A stretch of DNA of 52,516 nucleotides from an uncultured Verrucomicrobiota bacterium (GCA_964653025.1 CAZZBZ010000008.1:1-52516); one strand, 5' to 3'. Shown: positions 42,641-52,452, numbered from the stretch's first letter. Notes: generated by a model not told the origin, from the sequence alone. Program-made: numbers and translations.

Positions 42641-42679
42641 TGCTGACCGCTCACTGCTCACCGCTTACCGCTTACCGAC
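42641..42679 (+). repeat. Heptamer array upstream of fhs
   Basis: gctgacc gctcact gctcacc gcttacc gcttacc. Confidence 0.7.
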
Positions 42680-44443
42680 ATGAAACTCGATCCCACCCAA
42701 CTGAAGGACTGGCAGATTGCCGAGGCCGCCGAAAAGACCATGAAACCCATCGCGCGCGTCGCCGCCGAGATGGGCCTCCAGGAGGAGGACTGGATTCCCT
42801 ACGGCCGCAACCTCGCCAAGGTGGATTACCGCCGCGTCCTCGACCGCCTCGGGGACCGCCAGCAGGCGAAGTACGTGGACGTCACCGCGATCACGCCCAC
42901 CCCGCTTGGGGAGGGGAAGACGACGACGACGATCGGCCTCGTCGAGGGCCTCGGCGCCCTTGGGAAGCGCGCCATTGGCGCCATCCGCCAGCCCAGCGGC
43001 GGCCCGACCTTTAACGTGAAGGGCTCCGCCGCCGGCGGCGGGCTCGCCCAGTGCATCCCGCTCTCCCCGCTTTCCATCCGCCTCACGGGGGACATCGATT
43101 CGATCACCAACGCCCACAACCTCGCCATGGTGGCGCTCACCTCGCGCATGCAGCACGAGCGCAACTATGACGACGCCCGCCTCGCGAAGAGCGGCCTCAA
43201 GCGCCTTGATGTGGATCCCGCCCGCGTCCAGGTGAAGTGGGCGATCGATTTCTCCGCCCAAGCCCTCCGCAGCATCATCATCGGCCGCGGCGGCCCGATG
43301 GAAGGCTTCGAGATGGAGTCCGGCTTCCAGATCACTGTCTCGAGCGAGATCATGGCGATCCTCGCCGTCGCCCGCGACCTCAAGGACCTCCGCGAGCGCA
43401 TGGGGAAGATGGTCGTGGCCACCAGTCGGAGCGGCAAGGAGATCACCACCCGCGACCTCGAGGTGGATGGCGCGATGACCGCCTGGATGGTGGATGCCAT
43501 CAACCCGAACCTCCTCCAGACCGTCGAGGGCCAGCCTGTCCTCGTCCACGCGGGGCCGTTCGCGAACATCGCGATCGGGCAGAGCTCGATCATTGCCGAC
43601 CGCCTCGGCGTGCGGCTCGGCGAGTATCATGTCACCGAGAGCGGTTTCGCCGCCGACATCGGCTATGAGAAGTTCTGGAACCTCAAGTGCCGCTACTCGG
43701 GACTGACGCCCAATGCGGTGGTGGTGGTCGCCACCGTGCGTGCGCTGAAGATGCACGGCGGCGGACCGGCGGTGAAGCCGGGCGCCCCGCTTCCCGAGGC
43801 CTACACGAGGGAGGACGTCGGTCTCGTCGAGAAGGGCTGCGAGAACCTCGTGGCCCACATCGAGATCGTCCGCAAGAGCGGGGTCCGCCCCGTGGTCTGC
43901 ATCAACAGCTTCCACACCGACAAGCCCACCGAGGTCGCCGCGATCCGCCGCATCGCCGAGAAGGCGGGCGCGCTTGTGGCCGTCTCGCAGCACTGGCTCA
44001 AGGGCGGCGAGGGCGCGCGCGAGCTCGCCGAGGCGGTGATCGCCGCCTGCGACGAGAAGAGCCACTTCAAGTTCCTCTACGGGCTCGAGACCCCGCTGCG
44101 GAAGCGGATCGAGCTCATCGCGAAGGAAATCTACGGGGCCGACGGGGTCTCCTACACCGACGAGGCGCTCGCGAAGGCGAAGGCCCTCGAGGCCGATCCC
44201 GAGGCCGCGAAGATGGGAACCTGCATGGTGAAGAGCCACCTCAGCCTCTCCCACGACCCCGAGCTCAAGGGCCGCCCGAAGGGTTGGACGCTCCCCGTGC
44301 GCGACATTCTCGTGTATCGCGGCGCGGGCTTCGTAGTCCCCGTAGCCGGCGCGATCAAGCTCATGCCCGGCACCGCCTCCAACCCCGCCTACCGCCGCAT
44401 CGACGTGAATACCGAAACCGGCGCGGTCACGGGGCTGTTCTGA
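42680..44443 (+). CDS. fhs: Formate--tetrahydrofolate ligase
   Basis: [54 protein letters not shown]. Confidence 0.97.
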   Translation: MKLDPTQLKDWQIAEAAEKTMKPIARVAAEMGLQEEDWIPYGRNLAKVDYRRVLDRLGDRQQAKYVDVTAITPTPLGEGKTTTTIGLVEGLGALGKRAIGAIRQPSGGPTFNVKGSAAGGGLAQCIPLSPLSIRLTGDIDSITNAHNLAMVALTSRMQHERNYDDARLAKSGLKRLDVDPARVQVKWAIDFSAQALRSIIIGRGGPMEGFEMESGFQITVSSEIMAILAVARDLKDLRERMGKMVVATSRSGKEITTRDLEVDGAMTAWMVDAINPNLLQTVEGQPVLVHAGPFANIAIGQSSIIADRLGVRLGEYHVTESGFAADIGYEKFWNLKCRYSGLTPNAVVVVATVRALKMHGGGPAVKPGAPLPEAYTREDVGLVEKGCENLVAHIEIVRKSGVRPVVCINSFHTDKPTEVAAIRRIAEKAGALVAVSQHWLKGGEGARELAEAVIAACDEKSHFKFLYGLETPLRKRIELIAKEIYGADGVSYTDEALAKAKALEADPEAAKMGTCMVKSHLSLSHDPELKGRPKGWTLPVRDILVYRGAGFVVPVAGAIKLMPGTASNPAYRRIDVNTETGAVTGLF

Positions 44444-44475
44444 GCGTTGAGCAGCAAGCCGTAAGCGGTGAGCAG
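44444..44475 (+). repeat. Heptamer array downstream of fhs, inverted relative to the upstream one
   Basis: gcgttga gcagcaa gccgtaa gcggtga gcag. Confidence 0.65.
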
Positions 44476-44502
44476 GAAGATCGGAGCGGGCGACCTCTGC
44501 CG

Positions 44503-44527
44503 GTAGCCCGCCGTGTCCCCACGGCGG
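44503..44527 (+). repeat. GTAG-headed REP-like palindrome
   Basis: GTAG-C-CCGCCGTG-TCCC-CACGGCGG. Confidence 0.55.
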
Positions 44528-44724
44528 ATCCGTCCCCGTTCGAGGTCTTCCATGCCTTCCTCGATCTTGGCGCGGAAATTCTCAGAAACCTTGTTAAAAG
44601 GGTTCGAGGAACATTGCAGTCCACGCGTATCCTTCTCCAAGGCCTGGCCTACGATTACGGAGGGCGTACGCGTCACGATGGCATCCCCTTTGCGTACGGG
44701 GCTTGGTTGGGGCAGAATGCGGCC

Positions 44725-45561
44725 GTGTCCGCCCCCCGCTTCCTTCCCGTGCCCGCAGGCCTTGCGAAGTACTTTCGCGTGATGGCGATCGGGTTCCAGA
44801 ATACGCTCGTCTACCGCTGGAACTTCCTCCTGCGGGCGGGCTTCAGCCTCATCCCGCTCATGGGGACCTTCTTCTTCTGGGGGGCGGCGACGAAGGCGGG
44901 CGGCGGGCAGATCGCCGGCTATAGCTTCAACGCGATGATCTCCTACTTCCTCGGGTTGATGCTCCTCGACCTGCTCGCCTCGCCGACGGAGGACGACTTC
45001 CAGATTGCCGCGGAGATCCGCGACGGCCTCATCAACCAGTTCCTGATGAAGCCGATGGACTACCTGGCCTACCGCTTCAGCCTCTTCTGGTCGTACCGCC
45101 TGATCTACACGGCAACCACGATCCTGCCGGTCGTCGCGGTGGTGTGGTACCTGCGCGCGTACTTCGCGATGCCCGAGTCGGGGGTCACCGTCTTCCTCAG
45201 CCTCCTCGCGGTGCTCCTCTCGGCGGTGCTCCAGTTCCTCATCGCCTTTACCTCGGCGCTCCTCGCGTTCTGGGTCCTTGAGGTCTCCGCGCCGATCTTC
45301 ATCATCTACTCGTTCGAGTTTCTCGCGGGTGGGCACGTCTTCCCGCTCGACCTGTTCCCGGCATGGGCCTACCGCCTGATGATGCTCACGCCCTTCCCCT
45401 ACGAGTACTGGTTCCCGCTGGGGGTTTTCCTCGGGCGCTTCAGTCCCGAAGAAGTCGCCCGCGGTTTTGCGATGCAGGCGATCTGGTGCCTTGCCGCATG
45501 GCTCCTCGCCCGCGGAGTCTGGTCCCGCGGCATCCGCAAGTACACCGCCGTCGGCGGATGA
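44725..45561 (+). CDS. ABC-2 type permease (DUF990 family)
   Basis: QNTLVYRWNF, IRDGLINQFLMKP, GHVFPLDLFP, RKYTAVGG; GTG start inferred. Confidence 0.85.
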   Translation: MSAPRFLPVPAGLAKYFRVMAIGFQNTLVYRWNFLLRAGFSLIPLMGTFFFWGAATKAGGGQIAGYSFNAMISYFLGLMLLDLLASPTEDDFQIAAEIRDGLINQFLMKPMDYLAYRFSLFWSYRLIYTATTILPVVAVVWYLRAYFAMPESGVTVFLSLLAVLLSAVLQFLIAFTSALLAFWVLEVSAPIFIIYSFEFLAGGHVFPLDLFPAWAYRLMMLTPFPYEYWFPLGVFLGRFSPEEVARGFAMQAIWCLAAWLLARGVWSRGIRKYTAVGG

Positions 45562-45573
45562 GACGGAAATGCA

Positions 45574-45704
45574 GAAGGCAGAACGATGAATGATGAATGA
45601 ACGGAGCCGAATGAAGACGGAATACCCATCGTCCCCGGACGCCGCTTCATAGTTCTCCTCCTTTTTCCTCGGACCTCCTCTTCATCATTCATCATTCTGC
45701 CTTC
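45574..45704. repeat. Inverted pair of heptamer arrays (24-bp IR)
   Basis: gaaggcagaacgatgaatgatgaa (45574-45597) vs ttcatcattcatcattctgccttc (45681-45704), one mismatch. Confidence 0.75.
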
Positions 45705-45718
45705 ATCCTTTTCTTCCC

Positions 45719-46507
45719 ATGCTCCGCTACCTTCGCCTCGCGCTCGCCCTCTTCCGCTACTCGTTGGCGCGGGAGATGATGTTCAAGGCGAACTTTCTCC
45801 TCTGGATCATCGTCGAAGTCGCCTGGCTTGGCCTCCAACTCGCCCTCGTGGGGGTGATCTTCTCCCACGTGACGGAGGTGGCGGGCTGGACGAAGTACGA
45901 GATGGTGATGCTGATCGGGACGAGCCACCTCGTGCAGCAACTCTTCCAGGTGGTGTTCCTGGTGAACCTCATCGAGTTTCCCGAGAATGTGCGGACAGGG
46001 AAACTGGACTTTGCCCTGCTCCAGCCAGCGAGCTCGCAGTTTCTCGTCTCGGTGCGCAAGTACGACCCCGGCTCGGTGGTCAACTGCGCGATCGGGGTGG
46101 CCTTCGTGGCCTGGTCCGCATGGAAGCTCGGGGTCCACCCGAAGGCATGGCAGGCGGCCCTCTTCGCGGCGATGGTGGTCAACGGGGTCTTCATCCACTA
46201 CGCGCTGATGCTGATGATCGTCACGCTCTCGTTCTGGATCGTCCGCGCGCAGGGACTGGTTTACGGCTACTACAACCTCTTCAATATCGCGCGGATGCCG
46301 CGGGACGCCTTTCGCGGGGTGGCGCGGGTGCTCTTCACCTGGGTGCTCCCGATGCTCGTGGTGGCGAACTTCCCGGCAGAGGTCCTCGCACGGGGGATCG
46401 TCGGCCCCGGCGCCCCGCTGATCTTCCTGCTCAGCCTGGGTTTTCTCGCCCTCGCGTGGGCCTGGTTCCGCTTCGGCCTGCGTTTTTACACAAGCGCAAG
46501 CTCTTGA
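45719..46507 (+). CDS. ABC-2 type permease (DUF990 family)
   Basis: REMMFKANF, VRTGKLDFALLQP, ARMPRDAF, RFYTSASS. Confidence 0.88.
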   Translation: MLRYLRLALALFRYSLAREMMFKANFLLWIIVEVAWLGLQLALVGVIFSHVTEVAGWTKYEMVMLIGTSHLVQQLFQVVFLVNLIEFPENVRTGKLDFALLQPASSQFLVSVRKYDPGSVVNCAIGVAFVAWSAWKLGVHPKAWQAALFAAMVVNGVFIHYALMLMIVTLSFWIVRAQGLVYGYYNLFNIARMPRDAFRGVARVLFTWVLPMLVVANFPAEVLARGIVGPGAPLIFLLSLGFLALAWAWFRFGLRFYTSASS

Positions 46508-46597
46508 GCGTGATGAACGATGGCAGCACGGCACGAAAACTCCCGCCCAGAAAACCGAGTTGATTCCCGCCCCCCACCGCCCCGATTATCCGCGCGC

Positions 46598-47269
46598 ATG
46601 CAACGCATCCAACACCTCCTGAAGTCCAAAGAACCCCTGAAATGGCTTTTCTCCGGGGACAGCATCACCCATGGCGCCGCGCACACCTTCGGCGGTCGCG
46701 ACTACACCGAACTCTTCTCCGAGCGGCTCCGCTCGGAACTGGGGCGCCCCCGGGACATCGTGATCAAGACCGCGATCAGCGGGCACACCACCGCCTCGCT
46801 GCTCGAGGACTTCGACTGGCGCCATACCCAGTTCAAGCCCGACATCACCTTCCTGATGATCGGGATGAACGATTGCAGCACCACGCGGAACCTGCCGCTC
46901 GCGAAGTTCAAGGAGAACCTCGCCGGGCTCTGCGGCCGCCTCGGGGCGCTCCCCTCGCTGGTCGTCCTCCAGACCACCTGTCCGATCCTCCCGAACACCT
47001 CCCCCGACCGCGAGCCCCAGTTTTCCCTCTACATGGATGCGATCCGGGCGGCGGCGGCGGAGTTCAAGCTGCCGCTCGTGGACCATGCCCGCCATTGGGA
47101 GGAGTTGAACAAGAAGGCTCCCGGCGCCCAGTACTACTGGATGAGCAACGCCTTTCACCCCAACACGGTCGGCCACCGCCTTTTCGCAGAGCTGATCTAC
47201 AAGGAACTCGGGATCTGGGACCCCGCATCCCACAGTTGCCGCCTCTTCCGCCCCGGCCCCCCGGGCTGA
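46598..47269 (+). CDS. SGNH/GDSL hydrolase
   Basis: FSGDSITHG, TAISG, MIGMND, AFHPN..GH. Confidence 0.87.
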   Translation: MQRIQHLLKSKEPLKWLFSGDSITHGAAHTFGGRDYTELFSERLRSELGRPRDIVIKTAISGHTTASLLEDFDWRHTQFKPDITFLMIGMNDCSTTRNLPLAKFKENLAGLCGRLGALPSLVVLQTTCPILPNTSPDREPQFSLYMDAIRAAAAEFKLPLVDHARHWEELNKKAPGAQYYWMSNAFHPNTVGHRLFAELIYKELGIWDPASHSCRLFRPGPPG

Positions 47270-47291
47270 TACCTGCAGGAACCGGAGCGTC

Positions 47292-47462
47292 AGCCACGGA
47301 TGAAACACGGATGGCAGAAAACGCGCATCGAGTCCGCGGACATGGGCTCGATGCGACTCCGCCAAGGAACTACCGCTTGCTCCTGTTGCGGACGCGTGCC
47401 GATTCCGTGTGGCGGAATCGGCACATCCTCCATCCGTGAACATCCGTGTTTCATCCGTGGCT
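47292..47462. mobile_element. MITE-like element with 22-bp perfect terminal inverted repeats
   Basis: AGCCACGGATGAAACACGGATG (47292-47313) and CATCCGTGTTTCATCCGTGGCT (47441-47462); internal hairpin also found at 34691. Confidence 0.55.
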
Positions 47463-48166
47463 CCTCCTCTTGTGACGTCCTCACACCAGGGCGGCAAAGC
47501 CCGGTTCGAGGAGCGTTTACCCTCATCGAGCTTCTGGTGGTGATCGCCATCCTCGCGATCCTGGCCGCTCTGTTGTTGCCATCGCTCCGCGCCTCCCGTG
47601 AACGCGGGCGCCTCGCCTCCTGCGCGAGCAGCCTCCGCCAAGTCTACCTTGGCCTTGAGATGTACGCCGACGACAACGACGAGTTTTACCCGAAGGCCAT
47701 CGGCAACGGGATCTGGGGTTCCTCCAACGACACCGAAATCGGCTGGCTCCAGCGCATCTCCCCCTACGTGAAGGACCGCCGAGTCTTTCGTTGCCCCGGG
47801 CAGCCCTCCGGTTACGAGAACGACTTCTCCTACTTCCTCGGTTCGCGGGCCGCCTACGTCGCCGCAGGCAACCAGTTTGCCCCCTTCAACCGCAAGGACC
47901 TCAAGTTCCCCGCGCAGTACGTTCTATCGGGCGACGGTGCCTACCCCAACTTTGAAGGGTTCGATACCGACAAGGACAACTACACCCAGGACTGCCTGTT
48001 TACCTGGAACCAGAGTCGCCGGCGCGCGGGATTTTACCACCTCGGACGCGTTAACGTCCTCTTCGCTGACGGTCATGTGAGGGCATTCAACTCCTTCGAG
48101 GGATCCGAGATGACCTATTCCTACGACCAACCAGGCCTGGACTTCGACCTCACCGAACCGAAGTGA
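47351..48166 (+). CDS. Prepilin-type N-terminal cleavage/methylation protein with H-X9-DG motif (DUF1559/SBP_bac_10-like)
   Basis: GAFTLIELLVVIAILAILAALLLP at 47510, CASSLRQ, FRCP, HLGRVNVLFADGHV. In-frame ATGs (47300, 47342, 47351) all lie inside the MITE-like element. Confidence 0.85.
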   Translation: MRLRQGTTACSCCGRVPIPCGGIGTSSIREHPCFIRGSSSCDVLTPGRQSPVRGAFTLIELLVVIAILAILAALLLPSLRASRERGRLASCASSLRQVYLGLEMYADDNDEFYPKAIGNGIWGSSNDTEIGWLQRISPYVKDRRVFRCPGQPSGYENDFSYFLGSRAAYVAAGNQFAPFNRKDLKFPAQYVLSGDGAYPNFEGFDTDKDNYTQDCLFTWNQSRRRAGFYHLGRVNVLFADGHVRAFNSFEGSEMTYSYDQPGLDFDLTEPK

Positions 48167-48198
48167 GCGACGCGCAGCTTTGCTGCCAACGCGATGAG

Positions 48199-48693
48199 CT
48201 AACGGCTGGGTTGCGGCGGGGGCGGGGGAGCGGACTCCCCGGGAATCACCGGCTCCACGAGGTACCACTTCCCCTCGATCCATTCGAAAGTCGCGAAACC
48301 GGGCACGGTCTCCTCCCGCTTGTCCGGACGACGCACCTTCGTGACGATCGCGAAGGAGAAGGAGTTCTGCCCCACGCGCCACACTCCCTCGCGCTCGATG
48401 CCCAGGATCCGGTCCTTCAGGCTTTTCGCCTGGTGCTCGATCCACGCGTCGCGGCTGCCGAATTCCTTAATTGCCAGTTTCTGGCCTTGCGGATCGTTCA
48501 GTTCGAAGAGGCGCCCCCAGTCGGCATCCACCCATGCGCGGGTATAGCGCTCGAACGTTTTCTCGAGATCGGGCGGAAGGGGGAGCTTTCGTTCCCCCTT
48601 CGCGTCACCCTCGGGCCGGGATTTCTGGGCTGCATGACCGGACGGGCACGAGAGTGCCATTAGGATCAGCAAACCGCAAAGTATCGCATTCAC
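48199..48693 (-). CDS. Hypothetical exported protein (NTF2-like fold possible)
   Basis: Signal-peptide-like N-terminus, YTRAW...DW and terminal GKWYLV pattern; directly downstream of trpF. Confidence 0.6.
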   Translation of the reverse strand: MNAILCGLLILMALSCPSGHAAQKSRPEGDAKGERKLPLPPDLEKTFERYTRAWVDADWGRLFELNDPQGQKLAIKEFGSRDAWIEHQAKSLKDRILGIEREGVWRVGQNSFSFAIVTKVRRPDKREETVPGFATFEWIEGKWYLVEPVIPGESAPPPPPQPSR

Positions 48694-48702
48694 CGCTTCT
48701 TC

Positions 48703-49350
48703 TTACCCGCGGCGACGCCCCACGGCAAGCCCGCCGGCGGCCCGCGCCCCACGGATGAACGCGGCGAGCTTCAGCGGGGCTTTGCGGCCCGGTGCGCGCT
48801 CCACGCCGCTGCAGGCGTCCACGGCGAAGGGCCCCACCGCGCGGATTGCGGCGGCCACGTTCGACGGGGTGAGCCCGCCCGAAAGGATGAGCGGGCGCCC
48901 CATCCGTGCGGCACGCCGTGCAAGGACCCAGTTCGAGAGATGCCCCGTGCCGCCCCTGCGCCCGCCCTCCACGAAGGCGTCCACCAGCCAGGCGTCCACC
49001 GGGTATCGCCGCAGGGCTTTCAGGTCGGCGGCGCGGCGGGGACGGAACGCCTTGATCACCCGGCAGGGAAGCCCACGGCAGGCCGCGGGGGACTCCTCCC
49101 CGTGGAGTTGCACCGCGTCGAGGCCGCAAGCAGCCACCACACGGCACACCTCGGTGCGGGAGGCGTTCGCAAACACTCCCACCCGAGTCACAAAGGGTGG
49201 CAGGCGACGGCAGATCGTCGCCGCGTGGGCGGAACTCACCCGTCGGGGACTCCCCGGAACAAAGATAAAACCGAGGGCATCCGCCCCTTCGGCAGCCGCC
49301 CGAAGAGCATCCCGCAGGTTCGTAATGCCACAAATTTTGACGCGAACCAT
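48703..49350 (-). CDS. trpF: Phosphoribosylanthranilate isomerase
   Basis: VKICGIT, SPR, VQLHGEE, GGTG, LSGGL, VDACSGVE. Confidence 0.95.
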   Translation of the reverse strand: MVRVKICGITNLRDALRAAAEGADALGFIFVPGSPRRVSSAHAATICRRLPPFVTRVGVFANASRTEVCRVVAACGLDAVQLHGEESPAACRGLPCRVIKAFRPRRAADLKALRRYPVDAWLVDAFVEGGRRGGTGHLSNWVLARRAARMGRPLILSGGLTPSNVAAAIRAVGPFAVDACSGVERAPGRKAPLKLAAFIRGARAAGGLAVGRRRG

Positions 49351-49427
49351 GGGGCTCTCCTAGCGGATGTGAGGGGTTTTCTCAAGCAGGCGTTCCCCGC
49401 GGCCCGAGAGATTTGGGCATTAAGCTG

Positions 49428-49477
49428 TTGACAAACTTTTGACGGGCGGGTTAAACGCCCTCTCCCAACCGAGGAGA
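49428..49477 (+). promoter_or_regulatory. Probable sigma70 promoter and RBS of acpP
   Basis: TTGACA (49428-49433) N17 TTAAAC; GAGGAG at 49471. Confidence 0.45.
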
Positions 49478-49486
49478 ACCAACTAT

Positions 49487-49735
49487 ATGGCTGAAAAGAG
49501 CATTGAAGAGAAAGTAAAGGACATCATCGTGAAACAGCTTGGCGTCAACGCCGAGCAGGTCACCCTGACCGCCAAGTTCGTGGAGGATCTGGGGGCCGAT
49601 TCCCTGGATGTCGTCGAACTGATCATGGCCTTTGAGGAAGAGTTCGGCGCCGACATTTCTGACGAGGAGGCCGAGAAGCTCCAGACCGTCGGCGATGCCG
49701 TCCGATACATTACCGAAAAACAGGGGGGCGAGTAA
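49487..49735 (+). CDS. acpP: Acyl carrier protein
   Basis: [20 protein letters not shown]. Confidence 0.97.
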   Translation: MAEKSIEEKVKDIIVKQLGVNAEQVTLTAKFVEDLGADSLDVVELIMAFEEEFGADISDEEAEKLQTVGDAVRYITEKQGGE

Positions 49736-49752
49736 CGCTTTCGTCGCACCGT

Positions 49753-49785
49753 GAATACAGCCCCCGCACTCCGGGGGCCGTATTC
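49753..49785 (+). other. Stem-loop between acpP and fabF
   Basis: gaatac-agcccccg...cgggggc-cgtattc; no U-tract, so possibly an mRNA stability/attenuation hairpin. Confidence 0.4.
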
Positions 49786-49804
49786 GCCTTGTGAAATGGC
49801 ATCC

Positions 49805-51061
49805 ATGGGGCATCCCACTGAAATCCCGCGTGTCGTAGTCACCGGCATCGGCGTCGTGACCCCTCTCGGGCAGGACATCGCCACTTTCTGGGCGAACCTG
49901 CTTGCGGGAAAATCGGGCATCCAACGCATCACCGCCTTCGACGTGACGGCGTACGACTGCAAGATTGCCGGCGAAATCCACGGCTTTGAAGGAGCCAGCT
50001 TCTTCAGATCTCCGAAGGAAGCCCGCCGCTGCGACCGCTTCGTCCAACTCGCGGTAGCCACCGCGAAGCAGGCATTTGGGGATGCCGGGGTCGACCTGAC
50101 GAAAGAAAACCCCGAGCGCGTTGGCGTGATGGTGGGTTCCGGCGTGGGTGGACTGAAGAGCATGGAGGACCAGCACACCCTGCTTCTGGAACGCGGTCCC
50201 TCGCGCCTTTCGCCCTTCATGATTCCCATGATGATCAGCAACATGGCCTCGGGGATCATCTCCATGGAACTGGGTGCGCGCGGTCCAAATATGGCCGTGA
50301 CCACCGCCTGCTCCACGGCCGCCCACACCATCGGTGAATCCTTCCACGCCATCCGCCGCGGCGAGGCCGACCTCATGCTCGCCGGCGGGAGCGAGGCCAC
50401 GATCTGTCCGCTCGGCATCGGCGGGTTTGCAGCCATGAAGGCCCTCAGCACTCGCAACGATGAGCCCGAGAAAGCCAGCCGCCCCTTCGACCGCGACCGC
50501 GACGGGTTCGTGATGGCCGAGGGCTCCGGGATCCTCGTGGTCGAGGAACTTGAACACGCGAAGAAGCGGGGTGCCCGCATCTATTGCGAGATCGTCGGCT
50601 ACGGCAACACCGCCGACGCCTACCACATGACCGCTCCTCCTCCCGAGGGCGAGGGCGCTGCCCGCTGCATGGTCATGGCCCTGCGCACCGGCCGCCTCAA
50701 CACCTCCGACATCTCCTACATCAACGCTCACGGCACCTCGACGCCCCTCGGCGACATCTGCGAGACCAAGGCGATCAAGTCCGTCTTCGGCGATTACGCC
50801 CGCAAGCTTTCCGTAAGCTCGACCAAGTCCATGACCGGCCACCACCTCGGCGCCGCCGGCTCCATCGAGATGGCGGTCTGCGCCAAGGCCATCCACGAGG
50901 ACAAGATTCCCCCTACCATTAACCTGGACAACCCGGACCCCCAGTGCGACCTCGACTATGTCCCCAAGGTCGCGCGGGAGAGCCGTGTGAACGCCATCCT
51001 CAACAACTCCTTTGGTTTCGGTGGCCACAACGCCTGCATCGCCGCCCGCAAACTGTCCTGA
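49805..51061 (+). CDS. fabF: 3-oxoacyl-ACP synthase II
   Basis: [41 protein letters not shown]; start may be 49796. Confidence 0.96.
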   Translation: MGHPTEIPRVVVTGIGVVTPLGQDIATFWANLLAGKSGIQRITAFDVTAYDCKIAGEIHGFEGASFFRSPKEARRCDRFVQLAVATAKQAFGDAGVDLTKENPERVGVMVGSGVGGLKSMEDQHTLLLERGPSRLSPFMIPMMISNMASGIISMELGARGPNMAVTTACSTAAHTIGESFHAIRRGEADLMLAGGSEATICPLGIGGFAAMKALSTRNDEPEKASRPFDRDRDGFVMAEGSGILVVEELEHAKKRGARIYCEIVGYGNTADAYHMTAPPPEGEGAARCMVMALRTGRLNTSDISYINAHGTSTPLGDICETKAIKSVFGDYARKLSVSSTKSMTGHHLGAAGSIEMAVCAKAIHEDKIPPTINLDNPDPQCDLDYVPKVARESRVNAILNNSFGFGGHNACIAARKLS

Positions 51062-51083
51062 CCGCACGGACACCCTCCCATCC

Positions 51084-51356
51084 ATGAAGACTGACATCCA
51101 TCCCGAGTACGTCGAAGCCACTGTCACTTGCGCTTGCGGCAACGTGATGCACACCCGTTCCACCCGATCGAGCCTCCGTGTCGGCATCTGCTCCAAGTGC
51201 CACCCGTTTTTTACCGGCCATCAGAAGTTCGTGGATACCGCCGGCCGCGTCGAGCGCTTCCGCCGCCGCTTTGCCGCCAAGGCCCCCGTCGTCAAGGCTC
51301 CTGCCGCCAAGCCCCCCATTGCCGACGCCCCCGCGAAGAAGAAGGTACGCAAGTAG
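51084..51356 (+). CDS. rpmE: 50S ribosomal protein L31 (Zn-binding type)
   Basis: [29 protein letters not shown]. Confidence 0.96.
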   Translation: MKTDIHPEYVEATVTCACGNVMHTRSTRSSLRVGICSKCHPFFTGHQKFVDTAGRVERFRRRFAAKAPVVKAPAAKPPIADAPAKKKVRK

Positions 51357-51414
51357 TCGCCCCCTCGCTTGTTTTTCGCTTTCACGCCCTCGGTGCCCCG
51401 GGCATCGTTCCCGT

Positions 51415-52452
51415 ATGCCTTCCGCAGGTGAACCTTCTTCCGGCGATCGCATGGCGGTCGAGGTGCCGGATCCCGCGTTCGAACTGACGCTCCGTCCCAC
51501 CGCCCTCACCGACTTCACCGGTCAAGCGCGCATCAAGGAGCGCCTCGGAATCCTTATCGAGGCTGCCCGCCAGCGGAAGGACGTCCTCGCCCACCTTCTT
51601 TTTATCGGCCCCCCCGGCCTCGGCAAGACCACGCTTGCCCACATCATGGCGAAAGCCATGGGTGCCGGCATCAAGTGCACCAGCGGCCCTGTTATCGAGA
51701 AGGCCGGCGACCTCGCCGGACTCCTCACCTCCATGGAGGAGGGAGATGTCCTCTTCATCGACGAAATCCACCGCCTCCCCGCTACCGTCGAGGAATACCT
51801 CTACCCGGCGATGGAGGACTTCAAGCTCGACATCATCATCGACAGTGGCCCGAACGCCCGCTCCGTGCGCCTCAACCTCCCCCGCTTCACCCTTGTCGGC
51901 GCCACCACGCGCAGCGGCCTGCTCAGTTCCCCGCTCCTCGGTCGCTTTGGTGTTCCCTACCGCCTCGATTACTACACCGCCGAGGAACTCCGTAAGGTGA
52001 TTCTCCGTTCCGCACGGATCCTGAATGCCGAGACCGACCCCGAGGGGGCCCTCGAGATCGCCCGTCGCTCGCGCGGCACGCCCCGTGTTGCCAACAACCT
52101 CCTCCGCATCGCCCGCGAGTACGCCCAGGTCCGCGCCGGCAATCGCGTCACCCAGGATGCCGCCAAGGCCGCCCTCTCCCTCTGGGGAATCGACGAGGAC
52201 GGCCTCGATGAGATGGACAAGCGCCTTCTCGAAACCCTCGTCCACAAGTTTGGCGGCGGGCCCGTCGGCATTGCGTCGCTCGCCGTGGCCGCGGGCGAGG
52301 AATCGGGCACCCTTGAAGAGGTGTACGAACCCTTCCTCATCCAGGAAGGCTACCTCCGCCGCACCCCGCAGGGCCGCGTGGCCACCGATCTCGCATTCAA
52401 GAAACTCGGCGTCAAGCCCCGCGGGCAGGCCGTTCTTTTCGAGGGCGCCTGA
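51415..52452 (+). CDS. ruvB: Holliday junction branch migration helicase RuvB
   Basis: [44 protein letters not shown]; start may be 51451. Confidence 0.97.
   Translation: MPSAGEPSSGDRMAVEVPDPAFELTLRPTALTDFTGQARIKERLGILIEAARQRKDVLAHLLFIGPPGLGKTTLAHIMAKAMGAGIKCTSGPVIEKAGDLAGLLTSMEEGDVLFIDEIHRLPATVEEYLYPAMEDFKLDIIIDSGPNARSVRLNLPRFTLVGATTRSGLLSSPLLGRFGVPYRLDYYTAEELRKVILRSARILNAETDPEGALEIARRSRGTPRVANNLLRIAREYAQVRAGNRVTQDAAKAALSLWGIDEDGLDEMDKRLLETLVHKFGGGPVGIASLAVAAGEESGTLEEVYEPFLIQEGYLRRTPQGRVATDLAFKKLGVKPRGQAVLFEGA

Noticed and set aside
43687-45561. 624-aa permease ORF (and likewise the 478-aa ORF at 9773-11209)
   Set aside because: The N-terminal parts are alternative frames over fhs and ygfZ; real starts are near 44725 and 10421
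42641-45710. CRISPR array suggested by short repeats
   Set aside because: Repeats are 7-mers or isolated palindromes without regular unique spacers, and no cas genes are present
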